DNA of 61,156 nt, filler included, from Sluysia triapertura (GCA_046118255.1; 4 parts of 4 records of this genome joined end to end with filler, not necessarily neighbours in it); one strand, 5' to 3'. Positions 34,385-49,205 are shown, counted from the whole stretch's first letter. The notes: generated by a model from the letters alone, not told the origin. A program made the numbers and translations.

Positions 34385-37220
34385 TATCCAGATAAAACTA
34401 ATAATTAATAAATAAAAAGATGTGTAGAAATAAATAACTGAATAGTTGAAAGTATATGAATGCAGTAGTAGAATAATACGTTGAAACTGCATATATAAAT
34501 TAATACAACAATACTTAATTGGCTATTAGAATATAACTATGGAAGAGTTATTATAGAATGAGATTATTGGTTAATAAAATTAGCAGAGGAAAATACTAAA
34601 TAAGGTGTTTTTCACTGTACAATTTCAATAAGTGAATTGACTTATAAATATTCTTTATCAACTCTACTGATATTTAAATAATGTTATTGTTTAAATTTTT
34701 TTGGATAGCATCGTTGATTCCGATTGAAGTATATGAGTAATTTGTATAATATCTTAATTAATTTAAATTTGTAAATTTAAATTACATGTGGTTTGTTTTA
34801 TCTACTGTCATAATTTGTTTTGAATTTAAGTTAATGTTCCAGAAGTAATAATTTAAAGTTCTATTATATTAGAAATATATATCTCAGTCATATACACTAC
34901 TTTTATCACAAATTTACATAAAATCCACCAACTAATATTCCTGAAAAAATAAACAAACAATTTTATTCGAAGCAACCAAGAATAAAGATTACATAAATAA
35001 AAGAGATAAACATTTATTTTCCAACTTATTAAGAAATTACGAAAAGTTCAAGACACCATTAAAGACTGTTACCGATTTTAAATAATCGAATGAATTTAAA
35101 TTTCGTGATGAGGAAATTAAATCGAAATCCAGCAAAGTAAGCTTCAAAAGTAAACAAATAAACAAACGTCCGCAAATATTAAATTTATTTTAAAGTAACT
35201 TAAAATCAACTGGTGCTATGATGAATCAACAGAAAACAATATAGATTTAGATGCTGATGGAGAAAATATGGATAATGATTGAATAAAAATAATTAATTTA
35301 TATTGATTTGTTTACAAATACATAACCATAGCTTTGTTTTCAAATTCAGCATTTTTTGATGTATATTTAAAAAACGTAAAGCTAGTAGTAAAATAAAATT
35401 TAATTTTTTTAAAAGTTATATGGAAGTTAGTAAAAGTTTTAGAACAAAGTTTTCCTCTAAAATTCTATCGACAATCTTATTTCTTTATTCTAGTTATTTT
35501 GTCGAGTCACTATATCATTTCTGGTGATATGAAATTTGAAAGCATTTCGTCCACTTCAAGATTTTAAAATTGAATAAATAAATATTCAACAACAAATAAA
35601 GGATCATTGTAATGAATTTATGAAGAAAATTTCAGTGTAACAAAGTAGTGATAGTTCCAAATGAGGTAGATATTGAAACAGTGCATATTTTATAAATAAG
35701 TATGAAATTGGATTGTGCAAATAAAAATCAGAACTTTCACGAATTTTAACAATGATGATCGCATCGATAACAATTATGAAAATACTGCTAATGATAAAAT
35801 AAGGAACAAAAATTTAGTCCATCATATCGAACTAATTAATTCGAGCTTTACTATTATCGATGGAAGTAAAGATGTTTCTCCATCCTTTAGTGACAAAATT
35901 AGTTTTAATGATAGCGATGGATGGTATGACTTTCTTGGAAAAGTTCCTGTTTATACAACAATCACTCGCTTGATATGTGAAGTTTTACCATATTTTATTG
36001 ATAGCGACTTATGGTCAGCATGATCATTTGTTAAACAGCGCATAACGAAATACCAGCAACTTAGTCTTGTTAGGGATAATGTTAAATTTGATTCACTTCA
36101 TAAAATATTGTTATGGTTTAACCTTCCTTCTTATGATTATGTTTTTGTTCTTAATACAAATATTAAAAAACGAATTTATAGTTTGAGACTCGTCATTTCT
36201 ATTATACAATATCATAGTTTAAATAAATTGTTTAATAATATATGTCTTAGTGCTTATGTTCCTTATTTATTTCATTTCATAATTTATGTAAAGTTCAACA
36301 TGATAAGAAGTAATTATAAATTTTTTATTAGATATAATTTAAAGACTTTTAATGTTATCTTTAATCATAACATATTCGAGCAAGTTATTCTAACATCTAA
36401 ATTCATTAAATTGCTAAAGCAATAAAATGATTTTACTATTCAATCATTGAAACATTAAAGCATTTCTAAGATATTTTACTTTAATTATCGAGCATTTTAA
36501 AGCATTCAAACATTCATATTAAAATGTTTTTCATCAACATTCGAACCTAATTAGAGTACCACACAGTATTTTCAGACATATCGTTACATACATTATGAAT
36601 ATTATGTTGATATTCTGCAAGATTATAATTCTGGCCATACTTTAATCTGCTTTATTTATTTTTTCTAAGTCATAGTGTGATGTCACGCCTATCGTTAATA
36701 ATTTTGTCACCCTTAACATTTATAAAATTTCATACTCAACCTATTCACTTCATTGTTACTTTTCTACATTAACATAAACTACAAATAATGCTCTCCAAAC
36801 TCCAAACCTCATACTAAAATCATTTGTTAATATCATAGTCCCCTTCTCTCTGATTATCATTCACACCATCATTATCATCACTTTCAATGTTATTTTTACT
36901 ATTTTATTATTTTTATAATTTTTACCATTTTTATTATTTTTATTAATTTCAAAGACTACAGATGAATTTTAAACATAACGATTGTTTTAATATCGCCTTT
37001 TATATATTGTCAAGTAAACAATTAAATACTCAATTTTTATATATATAGTTTTTTTATACAAATACACTTGCAAATTATTATAAAGACGTGTATGACATAA
37101 AAATTGGTATCAATACTTTGGTTAAAAATTATGAATATTATTTCCAAGAAAAATACAATAAAAGTAATTAGATTTTATTTGAATTTCAATTTATGAAGTT
37201 CTTATCCTTGAATATACTAA

Positions 37221-37941
37221 ATGGATTTAATAAACAAAAACCAAACACCGCACTTCTTAGTTCAGCACACTCCAATTGGTACACATTGTCGTTTTCAAAT
37301 GATTCCTGTTGCAAATAAATTAGATGGATCGTATAGTTTGAAGAAATTGGAAGCAATTAATCAAATGCCACTTGAACAATATGATTTTGAGTTACCAAAA
37401 TCTGTTGACATTTTAAAAGGTATTTCCTTTCCAAGAAGTAGATGTTAAGTGTTTAACAAACATAATATTAATACAAATGTAAATAAGGCGTCTACCTTTA
37501 TAGCCGTTCTAATCAACAAATTTACGGACCCCAAGTTCACAGTATCCGAAATATTACATTTTAAAAACGAAAACCAGATTCGGATTATTGATAAAGTAGT
37601 TGTTTCCTATGATGAGACAACATGCCATACTGATGTAATTAAGACTGAAACGGTAAATCATGGAACACCCGAAATGAAAACCAGTCTCGGAGATGCACGA
37701 CATAAGGCTGATACCAAATTATTTCGTAAACAACAAAGATTCCGAAGTGGTAGCGTTCTTGCAGTTTCTGTTTCAGCTGAAGCCTTCATCGTGCCTCCAG
37801 ATGGTTCCAAAGGGTGTCAGTCAGGTTGCACCTATTGGCTACTTCCGAGGGAAGTTTCCGACGCAGTTTGAAAACTTCGTTATTTATGTTTCGGTATGTC
37901 AGTTGACTACCTTCCAAATGTTATTTATTGTTGTGATTTGA
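37221..37941 (+). pseudogene. Intronless orphan gene with one in-frame TAA (37446-37448) and a probable later frameshift
   Basis: ORFs 37221-37448 and 37449-37871 share a frame. Contains KFTDPKF...LHFKN. Confidence 0.55.
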
Positions 37942-38289
37942 ATTTTAAAAAGCTAAGTATTTTAAAGTACGTAAAGACTTTGATTGTGTCTATTAGCAAT
38001 GAATATTTTAAAATTAACTATCCCTATAGATACTTTATCTCAATGTATTTTCTAGTAATCCCTTGTACTTTATATAAATTCAATACCAAATAACTTGTTT
38101 TTTAAAAGATTACGCAGTTGTGATAGTTACTCGCCGCACAAGAATACGTTTTATACATCACTAATTTGAAAAATTTCGATCCTTACGTATGTTGCAACAT
38201 ACGAAGACATGCGGTATTAAAAAATAATATGAACAGAAAAATTGTATTTAATATACCTATTTATTACAATTTTTATTTCTTGGACACCG

Positions 38290-39904
38290 AATAAAGTCTG
38301 TGATTTCTAATTGCCTAGATGCTTTTTCTACTTGAATTTCATCAATCAGATCCCATATTTTGTTCGTCTTATTAGGAATATTAGCTTGAAAGTATTTTTC
38401 AAGTTTTTTGCATACTCATAGGAGTTGTATCCTGTCATTACTGCATCTTCTACCTCTTCAACAGAATTATCATTTGTTTCCTCTTTTCAGAACTTTCTTT
38501 TTCATACTTCTTCACTAGATCAAATAAGAGATGATCATAAAATTTTGGATTAATCTCATTCAACATTCACTTCTTAAACGTACGCATTTTCGAAAGACTT
38601 GGTAAAACAATTAGAGATTGTCGCTGGTTTTACACCATTCCATGCTTTCGAAATCCAAACTACTATTTGATACAAATCAACCTTTTTGCACCATATCTCT
38701 TGTGTAACATTATTATCTAAATTAAAATTCATTGACATGCTCAAAAACGTTTTATAACAGTCTTTAAAACTTTTAATAATATTATTGGTCAAGAGGTTGA
38801 ATAAGAGATGATGTATTGATGAGAAAAAGAATAATTCGATGTTTCTCAATTCGAAGTCTTTTGAGTGAATAGGTGTGTTTTCTAACAATAACAAAATTCT
38901 CCGCTCCTCTGCTTTCATTATACTGTTCAAATCTTTTAACCAATCTTGAAAAATTGTTAACATCAACCAAGACTTTGTATTCCAGCGGTAATAAACAGGT
39001 GGTTTTTCTATATAGAAATCTTTAAAACAACAATGTTTCTCCGATCCGCCTATCACTAATGGCTTTAACTTTTCCCCTAATATATAGTAATTTGATTTTT
39101 AGAAAACTTACCATTTGTCTTATCCTCTTTAGAAATTGTATATGTTCCGTTTAATGAACATTTCCAGAATAGTCCGGTTTCGTCACAATTATAAACATTT
39201 ATATCTTCATATTCTTTTAACTTTAACATACACCATTCCTTAAAATTAAAAATATACTTTTCATCCACGGTTTTTGATTCCCCAATAATTCTTTTTGATG
39301 ATATCATATGCCTGGAAATAAAAGAATTAAGCCAACTGTTTGATGCTTTAAAATCATGATTTCCTAAGTGCTATGCTAATTCTAATGTCTTCTGTTGCAA
39401 TACATCACCACTGATACTGATATTTCTTGTTCTCTGAATCTAGAACCATTCATACAGTATGACATCAATTTAACGTCCACTACGTAAATGCGTTTTTCTT
39501 TTCTGTTTCGTATTCAAGTTTGACTTCAAAATGGAATCTCTAGATTTTACAAGATTATTTATGCAACCTAAGGAAAGATTGTATTTTAATAAAAAAAGGG
39601 TAGAGTACAAGCTTTATCTTTAACAAATAATTTTAACAATTTCTGTTTCTCTTCGATTCTTAAATCCTTTCTCTTTCGTTTTAGATTTGTAATTTTCATA
39701 TTCATAAAATACAGTTAAAAATGAATATTTATACAAAAATTGGAGAAATTATTAATTTATTTTACACTAATTATTGTTAATTGTTCAAAACAAACAGTGT
39801 TCATATTATAAAACTCAATTTTCCATGAAAATCATATAGTTTTCAATAATTGTTGACTAAATGTTCATATTAAATTCTGTTCATGTTAAGCAGGGTTCAT
39901 ATTG
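38290..39904 (-). mobile_element. Tigger/pogo (TIGD-like) transposon with a decayed transposase
   Basis: KRKRKDLRIEEK (psq-type HTH), CENP-B HTH (LYEWF...ISGDVLQQK...FKASNSWL), YNCDETGLFWK, ILLLLEN, LIQPLDQ and ISNCF. Many stops and frameshifts. TIR-like end near 39880-39904; the left boundary is approximate. Confidence 0.92.
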
Positions 39905-40725
39905 AACATATTGCCATCTTTCGTCTTCTTAGTATTATGACACAAAATAAAGTTTTAAGAGATTAAAATAAATTACTTTAAATATTGCCCTGCCATACTT
40001 AAGTTATTTTACTATAAAACAAAATTTAATATTAATATTGTAAAATTACTAAATTTTAAACTCTTATTGTAAATAATAGCAATTTTTATTATTATTACTA
40101 AAAATAATATTATTTTTATTTATGTATTTATAATCATATAAATTAATCAGTCATTCTAAATATAAATGCATATTTAGTGTAAAAATAGATAATATAATCA
40201 TTAATCTTGAATTATTTTCTCTATTTACAGTATAATGTAGTTTAATTATATACTTTTTTATATTAACTTTAATATTATTTAATTTTATTTTTGGCAATAA
40301 TAAAAATAGTAATTGGTTGAAATATATAAAGCTGGTATTAAATCGAAATATCATTATATAAATATATTTAATTTTAACATAAATTTAACATTATCGAAAG
40401 TATAAATTATTATTGAAAGTCGTTTATTCTTAGCGAAGTTAATAGCACTTTAAATACCTATTTTCTACATTGATAATATTTTGTGTTTTAAAGTTTGACC
40501 AATTATAAGTATACCAAATATTACTAGATGTGATTTAAACTCATTACTCTTTTTATTTTTTGGTTTTATCTGTAACTATTCGATAACAATAAAATATTTA
40601 ATTGTACATTTAGAAAATTCTAAAGATTATTTCTAATTATAAAATCAAACTTTTTACTACTGAATAATTATATAATGCTTTGATAATTTATTATTTAAAA
40701 TATAATAATGCTTTCATAATTTCAG

Positions 40726-43700
40726 ATTCATTTAGTACCTTGGATGGAGTTATGACACCATTTTCCGATGAAGAACAATTATCTTTATCACTAAGTGGAA
40801 ACGATAAACCAATTGTTACTACAAAACAAAAAATTCTGAAAATATTAGAAAATGAAAACATAACATGCCAATTTCAAATAATGAATTTTAGTCCTAACAA
40901 TTATTATTTAGTTTGGATGATTGATAACAAAGAATTAAATTCTGCAGATTATAATTGTAGTCTTGACAAAATACCAGACACCAATAATTATCAGAGTATT
41001 TTTATAACTAAAAACAAATTAAATATCAACAATAAAAATAAATTAGAATTGGTTTGTAATTTATTGGAAAAATCAAACAATATTATTGTATCGTTTTGTA
41101 CAGTAGAAGTCAACATTAAAAAAATTAGTATAATTGAAATTAAATGTGCTTTAACTGATGTTACGGTGAAAGATTCTGAAAATATCCAATTAGAATTTGA
41201 AGTTATAACGAAATCAAATAGTTTGTTTGATGATATTAAACTTGAAGACATTTTGTGTTTGTACAAAGATAATGAAGTGGTACCATTTGACGGTGAAAGA
41301 GTAAAATTAAACAATATGGACAAGAATAGCATCACAATATGTATAGAAAAGGCCACACAAAAAGATTCTGGCATGTATTATTTGAAACTAAATAATAAAT
41401 ACAATTCATGCAATTGGATAAAATTAATTAATCCTGAAGAATCATCGATTTTAGTGTTAGTTGAAAAAGGTAAACAAATATTACGAACAGCAAGTCAAGA
41501 AGAATACGAAAGAATTGAAAAAGTATGTCCGATAAAAGAGGCAGAACATTCTACTGGAACTATGAATGAAGATAAGTTAAATGAAGCTGTTAGTAGCAAA
41601 ACCAATTTATCATATTTAACTAAACCAATTTTAAAGTTAAGTTTTAATCAAGTTCTTGATGTTCGGTTACTAGAAGGATCTAGACTAGAATTATGTGTAG
41701 ATGTACTTGGAGGTGATAAGGTGGAACCTTTTGTTGCTTGGAAATACGAAAATAACGAAATTCCATTTGAAACAAAAGCTGGCAAATCAAAAGTTAATGT
41801 CAATGAGTGCACATTACAACATTCAGGAACATACTTATGTTATATTAAAAATGTCGAAAATGAATGCATTAAATTTTCTGTTTATATAGAACCAATTCCA
41901 AAAATTGTGTCTGAGATTGAAGAAATTGATCTAAAAGTAGGGGAAAACTTGTGTTTGACCTTTCAATATTACAATATTTCTTTAGAAACAATCAAGTCAA
42001 CTGGAAAGTGGTTAATCGATAATTCAGAAATCGATTTAAAAATACTTAATGGCACATTTGAAATCAAAGAATCAAAAATACAATTGTTTATTCCTGATGT
42101 AGATATAATAATACAAGGAAATATGTGTTTTGAAGTTCAATTAGATGATGGATCACCAAAGCGATCGGCTTGTATACCTGTAAAAGTTAGAGGTAAAAAG
42201 AAAGATAAATTAATTACATCGAATTTATTACTACCACAATCATCACATGTTATTGTAAAAGAAAATGAAAAAGTAAAATTAATTGTTACTAAATTAAGTA
42301 AATTTAATAACAAAATATTATGGTACTTCAATAATAATCAATTAACATCAAAACCTAAAGAAATGACAATTGCGGATAATGAATTAATTATCGAAAAATG
42401 TTGTTTAGAAAATGCTGGATATTATAAAGTAAAAATAGAAGATGCAGATGATTTTGTGGATATTAAATTAGAGGTTGATAAGTTAAAATATGCAATTAAA
42501 AGTGATATAAAAGAATTAAATCTGATTGAAGGTAATAAATTAGAGCTATCATTATCATCGGAAAATATTCCTTTGTCTAAATTAAAAACGGGAATTTGGA
42601 AATTAATGTCAAAGAAAATTCAACCATCAGAATTACAAAAAAGTAAAACAGATATAACAAAATTAGGCGAGATTAAATTATTTATATCAAAAGTATCAAC
42701 AAATATGTCAGGAAAATTAGTATTTATTATTGATGAAAAACAAAAAATAATGAGTCCTGAAATTCAAATTAATATCGAAAAGAAAACTATGGAAGAAGTA
42801 AAATTAACAACTTATAATGATAATATACAAGTAAACGTAGGTGATAAGGCACATTTAAGTGTTAATGCTAATGTAATACTAAATAAGAAAGTAATATGGG
42901 AATGTAATGGTAAATTAATTGAAGAATGTAGTAATATAAAAATAATTCAAAAAGTGAATAGTACGGAAAGTGAATTACTTATTGAAAAGTGTGATCTCAT
43001 TCATACTGGATTATATACTTGTTACATAGATAAAAAAGAAAAAGGAGTAAATATTAATCTTAAAGTTGAACAAAATATTGAAACAGGTATGATTAATTGT
43101 GATATTGAAGAAATTGATTTAAAATGCGGTGAAGTATTGAATTTAGTTTTTACTGTTTCTAATATTTCTACTGATGACTTACAAAAAGGATTTTGGTTTT
43201 TAAATAATGAAATATTTGATTACAAAGCATTAAAAGGAAGTTGTTCGATAACTGATCAAAAAATTATTTTACGTATTCCTGATGTCAATAAAAATTTAAT
43301 GGGTAATATAAAATTTATTGTGGATTCTAGTAAAAAATTAGAATCTCCAAAAATTCAAATAAAAATTCGGGATAATGAAACAACTAAGAATGTACAAGAT
43401 ACGAAAAAAGAAAATCTTGTTACAAAATTAACTTGTCAACAAGAATTAATTACAGTAAAAAAGAATCAAGTAGCAAATCTAGTAATTGATTCGAATATTA
43501 AATTGGAAAAACAATTAAAATGGAAGTTTAATAATAATATTTTACAAAATTCAGATAAATATTCAATATCATTTTCAAAAGATTCGAAACAATCAATATT
43601 AAGTATAAGAAATTGTCATAATACTGATCAAGGTACTTATATTTGTTATGACAATAATGAAGATGAAGGAATTGGTGTTACTTTGAAAGTTTATTCAACT

Positions 43701-43859
43701 CAAAATACAGGTTTCTTAGATTGTGATATAGAAGAAATTGATTTAGTTGAAGGTGAACCACTTGAATTATATTTTAATTCTACAGACATAGATGAAAATG
43801 TTTTGAAACAAGGCAATTGGTATATAAATGGATATAAATTGGATTTAATAGAATTAAAA
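40726..43859 (+). CDS. 3134-nt internal exon of a titin/obscurin-like multi-Ig (I-set) protein
   Basis: Uninterrupted ~1045 codons with about ten Ig domains (W..N/D...L.I......D/HSG.Y.C). Acceptor tttcag at 40725, donor gtaagt at 43860. No signal peptide or TM segment in this exon. Confidence 0.9.
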
Positions 43860-43934
43860 GTAAGTATGTTTGAATTATAAACTCAAAATGAAAATATTTT
43901 CAATATTTTTGCAAATGTTAGATATGTTTATTAA

Positions 43935-44375
43935 CTCTTAAATGCCCATGCTAATAAAAACAATGTAAATGAATTTAGATAATATTTTAAGCATTTTTAT
44001 TATGTTTAAGAAATTTTCATATATGGTTCAACAAACAATTTGGTGCAATTTTTCTATACACTTTTTACAGTTGCTGCTTTGTGTGTTCACCTTTTTATAA
44101 TATTTCCCAGAACAGCAATAACATCTTCCACCTTTCTTAGGCAGATTTACCTGCTCAAGTTCACGTCCAAAAGAGTTCCTTGCGAGACCCGACTCACCTA
44201 AATACGTTTCAATTTGATAAACACTTCATGACTAGCCACATCATACTGAGAGTTAAAATGTTTAAGCTTGTAACTACAAATGGCTAGTGGCAATTTTGTC
44301 GACATAAATAAACAAGTTATTACAAAATATTTTACGTCTGGGTTTCTCAAGAGAACCCGCGTGGACATTTAAGGG
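43935..44375 (-). mobile_element. Internally deleted piggyBac element in the intron after the Ig exon
   Basis: TTAA on both sides, TIRs CTCTTAAATGCCCATGC / GCGTGGACATTTAAGGG, and a minus-strand remnant of the Cys-rich C-terminus (KKGGRCYCCSGKYYKKVNTQSSNCKKCI). Confidence 0.85.
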
Positions 44376-45318
44376 TTAAAACCAAAATGTAACATAGTAA
44401 ATATAAAAATAATTTTACTTTTAATATTGAAGTCAGTCTCATAAAAATGATGAATGAAATGATACACTACAACCATGTGCACTTAAAAAATTATAAATTA
44501 ATAAATCAATTGAAAAATATGAATGACAATAGTAATTACATGTCAACATTTAAATACCCATTGAAAAAATTTGATAATAAAGTTTATAAATAATAAGTTT
44601 TTATACTTTTCCATGTAAAATGTCCCACATTGCAACTAATATTGAAACAATTGAAATATATTTAAAAGATTTTATCCTAATTAAATATTTGTTTAAATAC
44701 AAAAACAAGATTACAATGTAAAAATTTTGCTTATGAATTGTTACGTTATTACATTAGAGATAAAACTACTAAAACCAAAATGACTTTTAAGACACAAAAA
44801 TTTATACATAATGCACAGTGATAGTAAAATAGGATTGGTTTATATTATTTTTCCAAAAAAACTATAGCGAACTATTTGGTAATGTTAAATCATTAGAATT
44901 TTTTATTTTTATATTTCAGAAGTATGAATAAAATATTTCAAGCGCTACCGACTAGGTACAGTCACCATAGATATTAGTGCCATATACATTTATACATAGT
45001 TATGTTGATTATTTTCAAAATAATATATCATTCAACTATACTCGATAAAATAACATTTGTACACATTATTATTTAGTCAGTAAAGAGCCAATCATTTTAA
45101 AATTTAAAATAGTGTGTGCTATTGAGAAGATTCTATTTATACATACAAATATTTATTTGCTCCAACTGTGTAAATAGAAACTAGAAATGTATATTAGAAG
45201 CATTGATACTATATTACTGAAACTATATTTCAGTAAAGTATATACTTTCTCTATTTTCTTTGGACTTAGTAGAATGCGTCAATAATAAGTATTGTAACAG
45301 AATTTGGAACCGTAGATA

Positions 45319-45448
45319 TTAGGTTGGAAAGTTTATGAAAATGAATTTCAAATATTTAATCAATTAAATAATCACCGCCTATTTCGAATTTGAGTTATTC
45401 AACTTTTAAATCGATATAGAAATTTTTCGTTAAAACTTTCCAACCTAA
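45319..45448. mobile_element. 130-bp mariner-type MITE
   Basis: TA-flanked perfect TIRs TTAGGTTGGAAAGTTT / AAACTTTCCAACCTAA. Confidence 0.9.
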
Positions 45449-46234
45449 TATTTATAAACACTGTTTTCATAAATAAAATTTTAAATAGTTTAACCTTGTT
45501 ATGACAAGTAAATTATCAAAATACTATTTTCTAGTATGCTACTTACAATAAAAGCACTTTTCAGAATTTAATGGAACATTACACAATTCATACAAGTCTG
45601 TAATTTTTGTCCATGAGATTTAGTAAAATACTAAAATGATCCAAAATGCTTTAAAACATAAACCAATTTTTATGAAAAATTATCGTTTATTAGGTCCAAA
45701 TTTAAAGCAAAATGTTTAAATGTTACAAAAATAGCACTTAAAATCCTATTTAATGCTTATCTTACAAAATACTAAGCATAATTTAAAAGGTAACATCGTA
45801 TTTTTCATTTATTATATTTGAAATACCAATCTAAATCAAATATTTATAATTTCAGTACATTTGATTTGTTTTATATTAATTTGGTCACATTAAACAATTT
45901 CCTAAAGACTAAAATATAAACCAAGTGAAAATAAAAAGATCACAAAATTACAGTAAAAGATTCATATAAAAATGATACAAATTTTACAAAATGTAAAATA
46001 TTCTCAACCTTATCAATTAAAGCAATTAATATCAATTTAGTAACAGTTACGACAATATAATAGTAATAATAGTAATAGTAGTAATAATAGTAATAGTAGT
46101 AATAGTAATAATAATAATAATAATATAAGATAATATAATAATAATAATAAGGTTAACATTTCACCATTGCAAAAAAAAATAAAATAATAAATGATATTCA
46201 TTCAATTTGTAAAATAAGGAAAAATATTCGAGTG

Positions 46235-46591
46235 TTACATTAAATTAGTATTAACTAAATAATGCTCATAGCAACAGGTTCGTTGTTTAGACGTTCTAGC
46301 AGAATAATAATTTCCGAAATTGTTCCAATGATGATGCCATTGCCTAAAACCTACCGATAATAATTTTTTCCATATAGTAACAAATCTGATAAAACTTTCA
46401 AATGATGTTTTTCGACCTTGTACTTCCTCTGTGTGAGTTTCGAACATAAATTGTCGTACCTTTTTTATTACATCTGTTTTGATCATATTATCCAAAGAAT
46501 CCCATTCATTAAATTCGATATCTATTTTAAGAATGTCAATTATGCGTTTATCTTCTTTAAACTTCTTTAGTAAACTCGCCAATGTCGAAAT
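46235..46591 (-). CDS. Terminal exon of a METTL24-like (FkbM/Methyltransf_22-type) methyltransferase
   Basis: After the ttacag acceptor: IDILKIDIEFNEWDSLDNMI...VRQFMFETH...L..VGFRQW...CCYEHYLVN. Intact through the stop. Confidence 0.85.
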   Translation of the reverse strand: MSTLASLLKKFKEDKRIIDILKIDIEFNEWDSLDNMIKTDVIKKVRQFMFETHTEEVQGRKTSFESFIRFVTIWKKLLSVGFRQWHHHWNNFGNYYSARTSKQRTCCYEHYLVNTNLM

Positions 46592-49205
46592 CTGTAAATG
46601 TATTATATTTTAAATAATTTTATCTATTACAGTATGTTTACATTAAACTTAATTGTTTATATTAATTCTGCTATAGTGAAGATTTATTATGTGCAGATTT
46701 ATTAACTTAATTTATTTATATATTATGACATATATCCTTTACTATTTCATTTTGTTCCATCACATTTCATAAACACTTAGAAATACTATTTAGAAACACT
46801 CACTTAATATATAATAAAAGCTAACTTATCGAAAAATAAAAATCTTAACTAATCCAAAAGTTTTATAGATTAACAACTTTTAATGAATGCAATTCCCATA
46901 CTTTTTGAAAAAAGATTTCATATTTATTCGATGATTAAATAAAAAATAAATATATATGTTATGAATCCATGTTTAAGATAATCAAGCTTTTATATAAACC
47001 ATTAAACCACTTATTTTCTGGTACAATGACGTAACCTTTATAATGGAATAGATAGTGCATCAATAATGACAAAAATGCTCCTTAGATCAAGTGAGATAGC
47101 GGTTATTGAAAAACGAAAATTTTGAAAGAATAAGAGTGTTGAATTGATTATCTCAAACGAATTGGTGAAGTGTATCAAAGAATGACTAAGTATCTACCTT
47201 CGAATTATAACAAGAGCGTTGCAAACTTCAGGAATCTATGTTGTAATTTTCTTATAATTATTAGTTGGTATAAGTCTTAATAAGTCTTAATTGACCTCCG
47301 ATTTTTTAATTTAATTTGCGCTTTACTTATATTATTAAACATTAATAAAACAAATCAAAGAATACATTAAACAAATTAAAAAGCTTGTCGAATGTTTTGA
47401 TGTGGCTTGTTAAAATCTATTTTGGCTTTAAAAAAATGCATGATGAATCTGACTTGTCAAAAGAGGCGAAGTGGTTAAAGGAAAATTCATTTTCACCGAT
47501 AGAAGGCCAGACCAACATCTGATTTTAGTATTTTTGTTATAAGGAAGGATTAGATTACTTATTATTTTTACTTCTCTTATAAAGTTAGGAATATGACTTT
47601 TTGCTAAATCTTGTTATCAGTGGATTTTCCTAACTACATTGTCATTTAACCATTGAGGAATATTTATAGGATTTGTTTCAACTCTTAGAGAAAATTTCAT
47701 TTTTACTCCATTTGTTATGTTTATATTAGCTTTAATTTTACTAAATAACTTTGCTAGGCGCTGAATTTTGTAGTTAATGTTATTCAAGGTGCGATCTGCT
47801 AATTTCCGCAAGAAATAAAAATAAAGGATAAAATTTTATAACATTAAAATGAACTTTATAATACAACTTAACAGAATAAAACCGGCAATACGGAAAATAC
47901 ATACATATTTGAAACTTCTATTGTTTGTTTCTAAATTAAGATTTACTCAAATCAATATAACAGTTTGAGTAAAGTTTGTTAATGAATATGCACAGAGATT
48001 ATCTCTAAATGACTTGTCTAAAGATGCCAATTCCATTATGTTGTAATCTATCAGAAGACCTTAAAAAACTTTATTAAAGGCAAAATGTTTATGCCACAGA
48101 ATAGATCAAATTATACATTCTATATTTCCAGGTTTAAAGTTAAATCATGTCTATTATGATTTGAAAACATAATCATAATCAACCATGACTTGAAAACATG
48201 TGTATGTATAAACATCGTCAAAAAATATTTTTTTTACAAAAAATAATATTATTTGTATCGATTCATCAGATTGCATCTTATGTTGAAATAAATCGTCTTG
48301 AGGAACCCTTTGAAGTGTTTTCTGGATAATTTGGACTATATTATTGCAATTTTCATAAACATATAGGTACAGGTTTCATCGTTTTACATGTGAAATACAA
48401 ACTCAATATCAACATCTTTATGTTATAGTAACCTTGAATGTTTAATTTATCGGAATCTGATAAATCCAAGATAAAATCGTTTTCGACAAGTATAGAATGG
48501 TTTTCCCATTGTAATACTGTTCCTGAATCATAGAAATAAAATTCATCAAATCTTTAATTTTTGAGATTTAATCTTGGATTTCGTCATTGGTATGATTCGG
48601 AACTTCAGATAAAGCTACGTTTCCTTCAGCTTTTCCATTTTTGTGTCAACTTTTTGAATAATTATATCGAGTAGACTGATATGAGGTTGAGATATTAAGT
48701 ATTGGCTAAAAGACTTTCGTAAATAATCCTGAGAATTAATTTTACCTGAAACGGACTGAGAATTATGTTTCACAGAGTTAAACAAGCAGCTGTTGGATTA
48801 TATGTGGTTTGACATCATTAGAAATTGTATTAATTCAAGTTGCAGACGTTTGAATTGGTTTCATCTTTTTATATCCCAAAAATAAAAACAAAGCACTTTA
48901 ATGACAACCATTTTTATGACCAAAAATTAAGTTTACTATTAAGTTCCAAAAATTTATTTTGACTTTTGTTTTAATGCCAAAATTCTGTGTATTGATTATT
49001 ATAGGATACACTTATTAATTTTTAATTTAATTTTAATTTTTGGGCCTAGATGCCCTAGTTTTAAAAAATTAATTTATATTATTATTGTTTCTTTTACACT
49101 ATTGCTTATTGTTACTATAAAATGAGGAATGAAAATTTGACTCATTTAAAATTAATAAACAATGAATTGTTATATAATCAATAATCAAGTTGACACTTCA
49201 GCACG

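Noticed and set aside
34259-34492. Poly-Leu ORF
   Set aside because: It is a translation of the AAT microsatellite and the gap.
27421-37448. TAA stop-codon reassignment suggested by several in-frame TAAs (27421, ~29557, ~33782, 37446)
   Set aside because: The ~1045-codon Glu/Gln-rich Ig exon has no in-frame TAA, conserved genes end in TAA, and most of the affected genes or their neighbours also have frameshifts. Pseudogenisation explains it.
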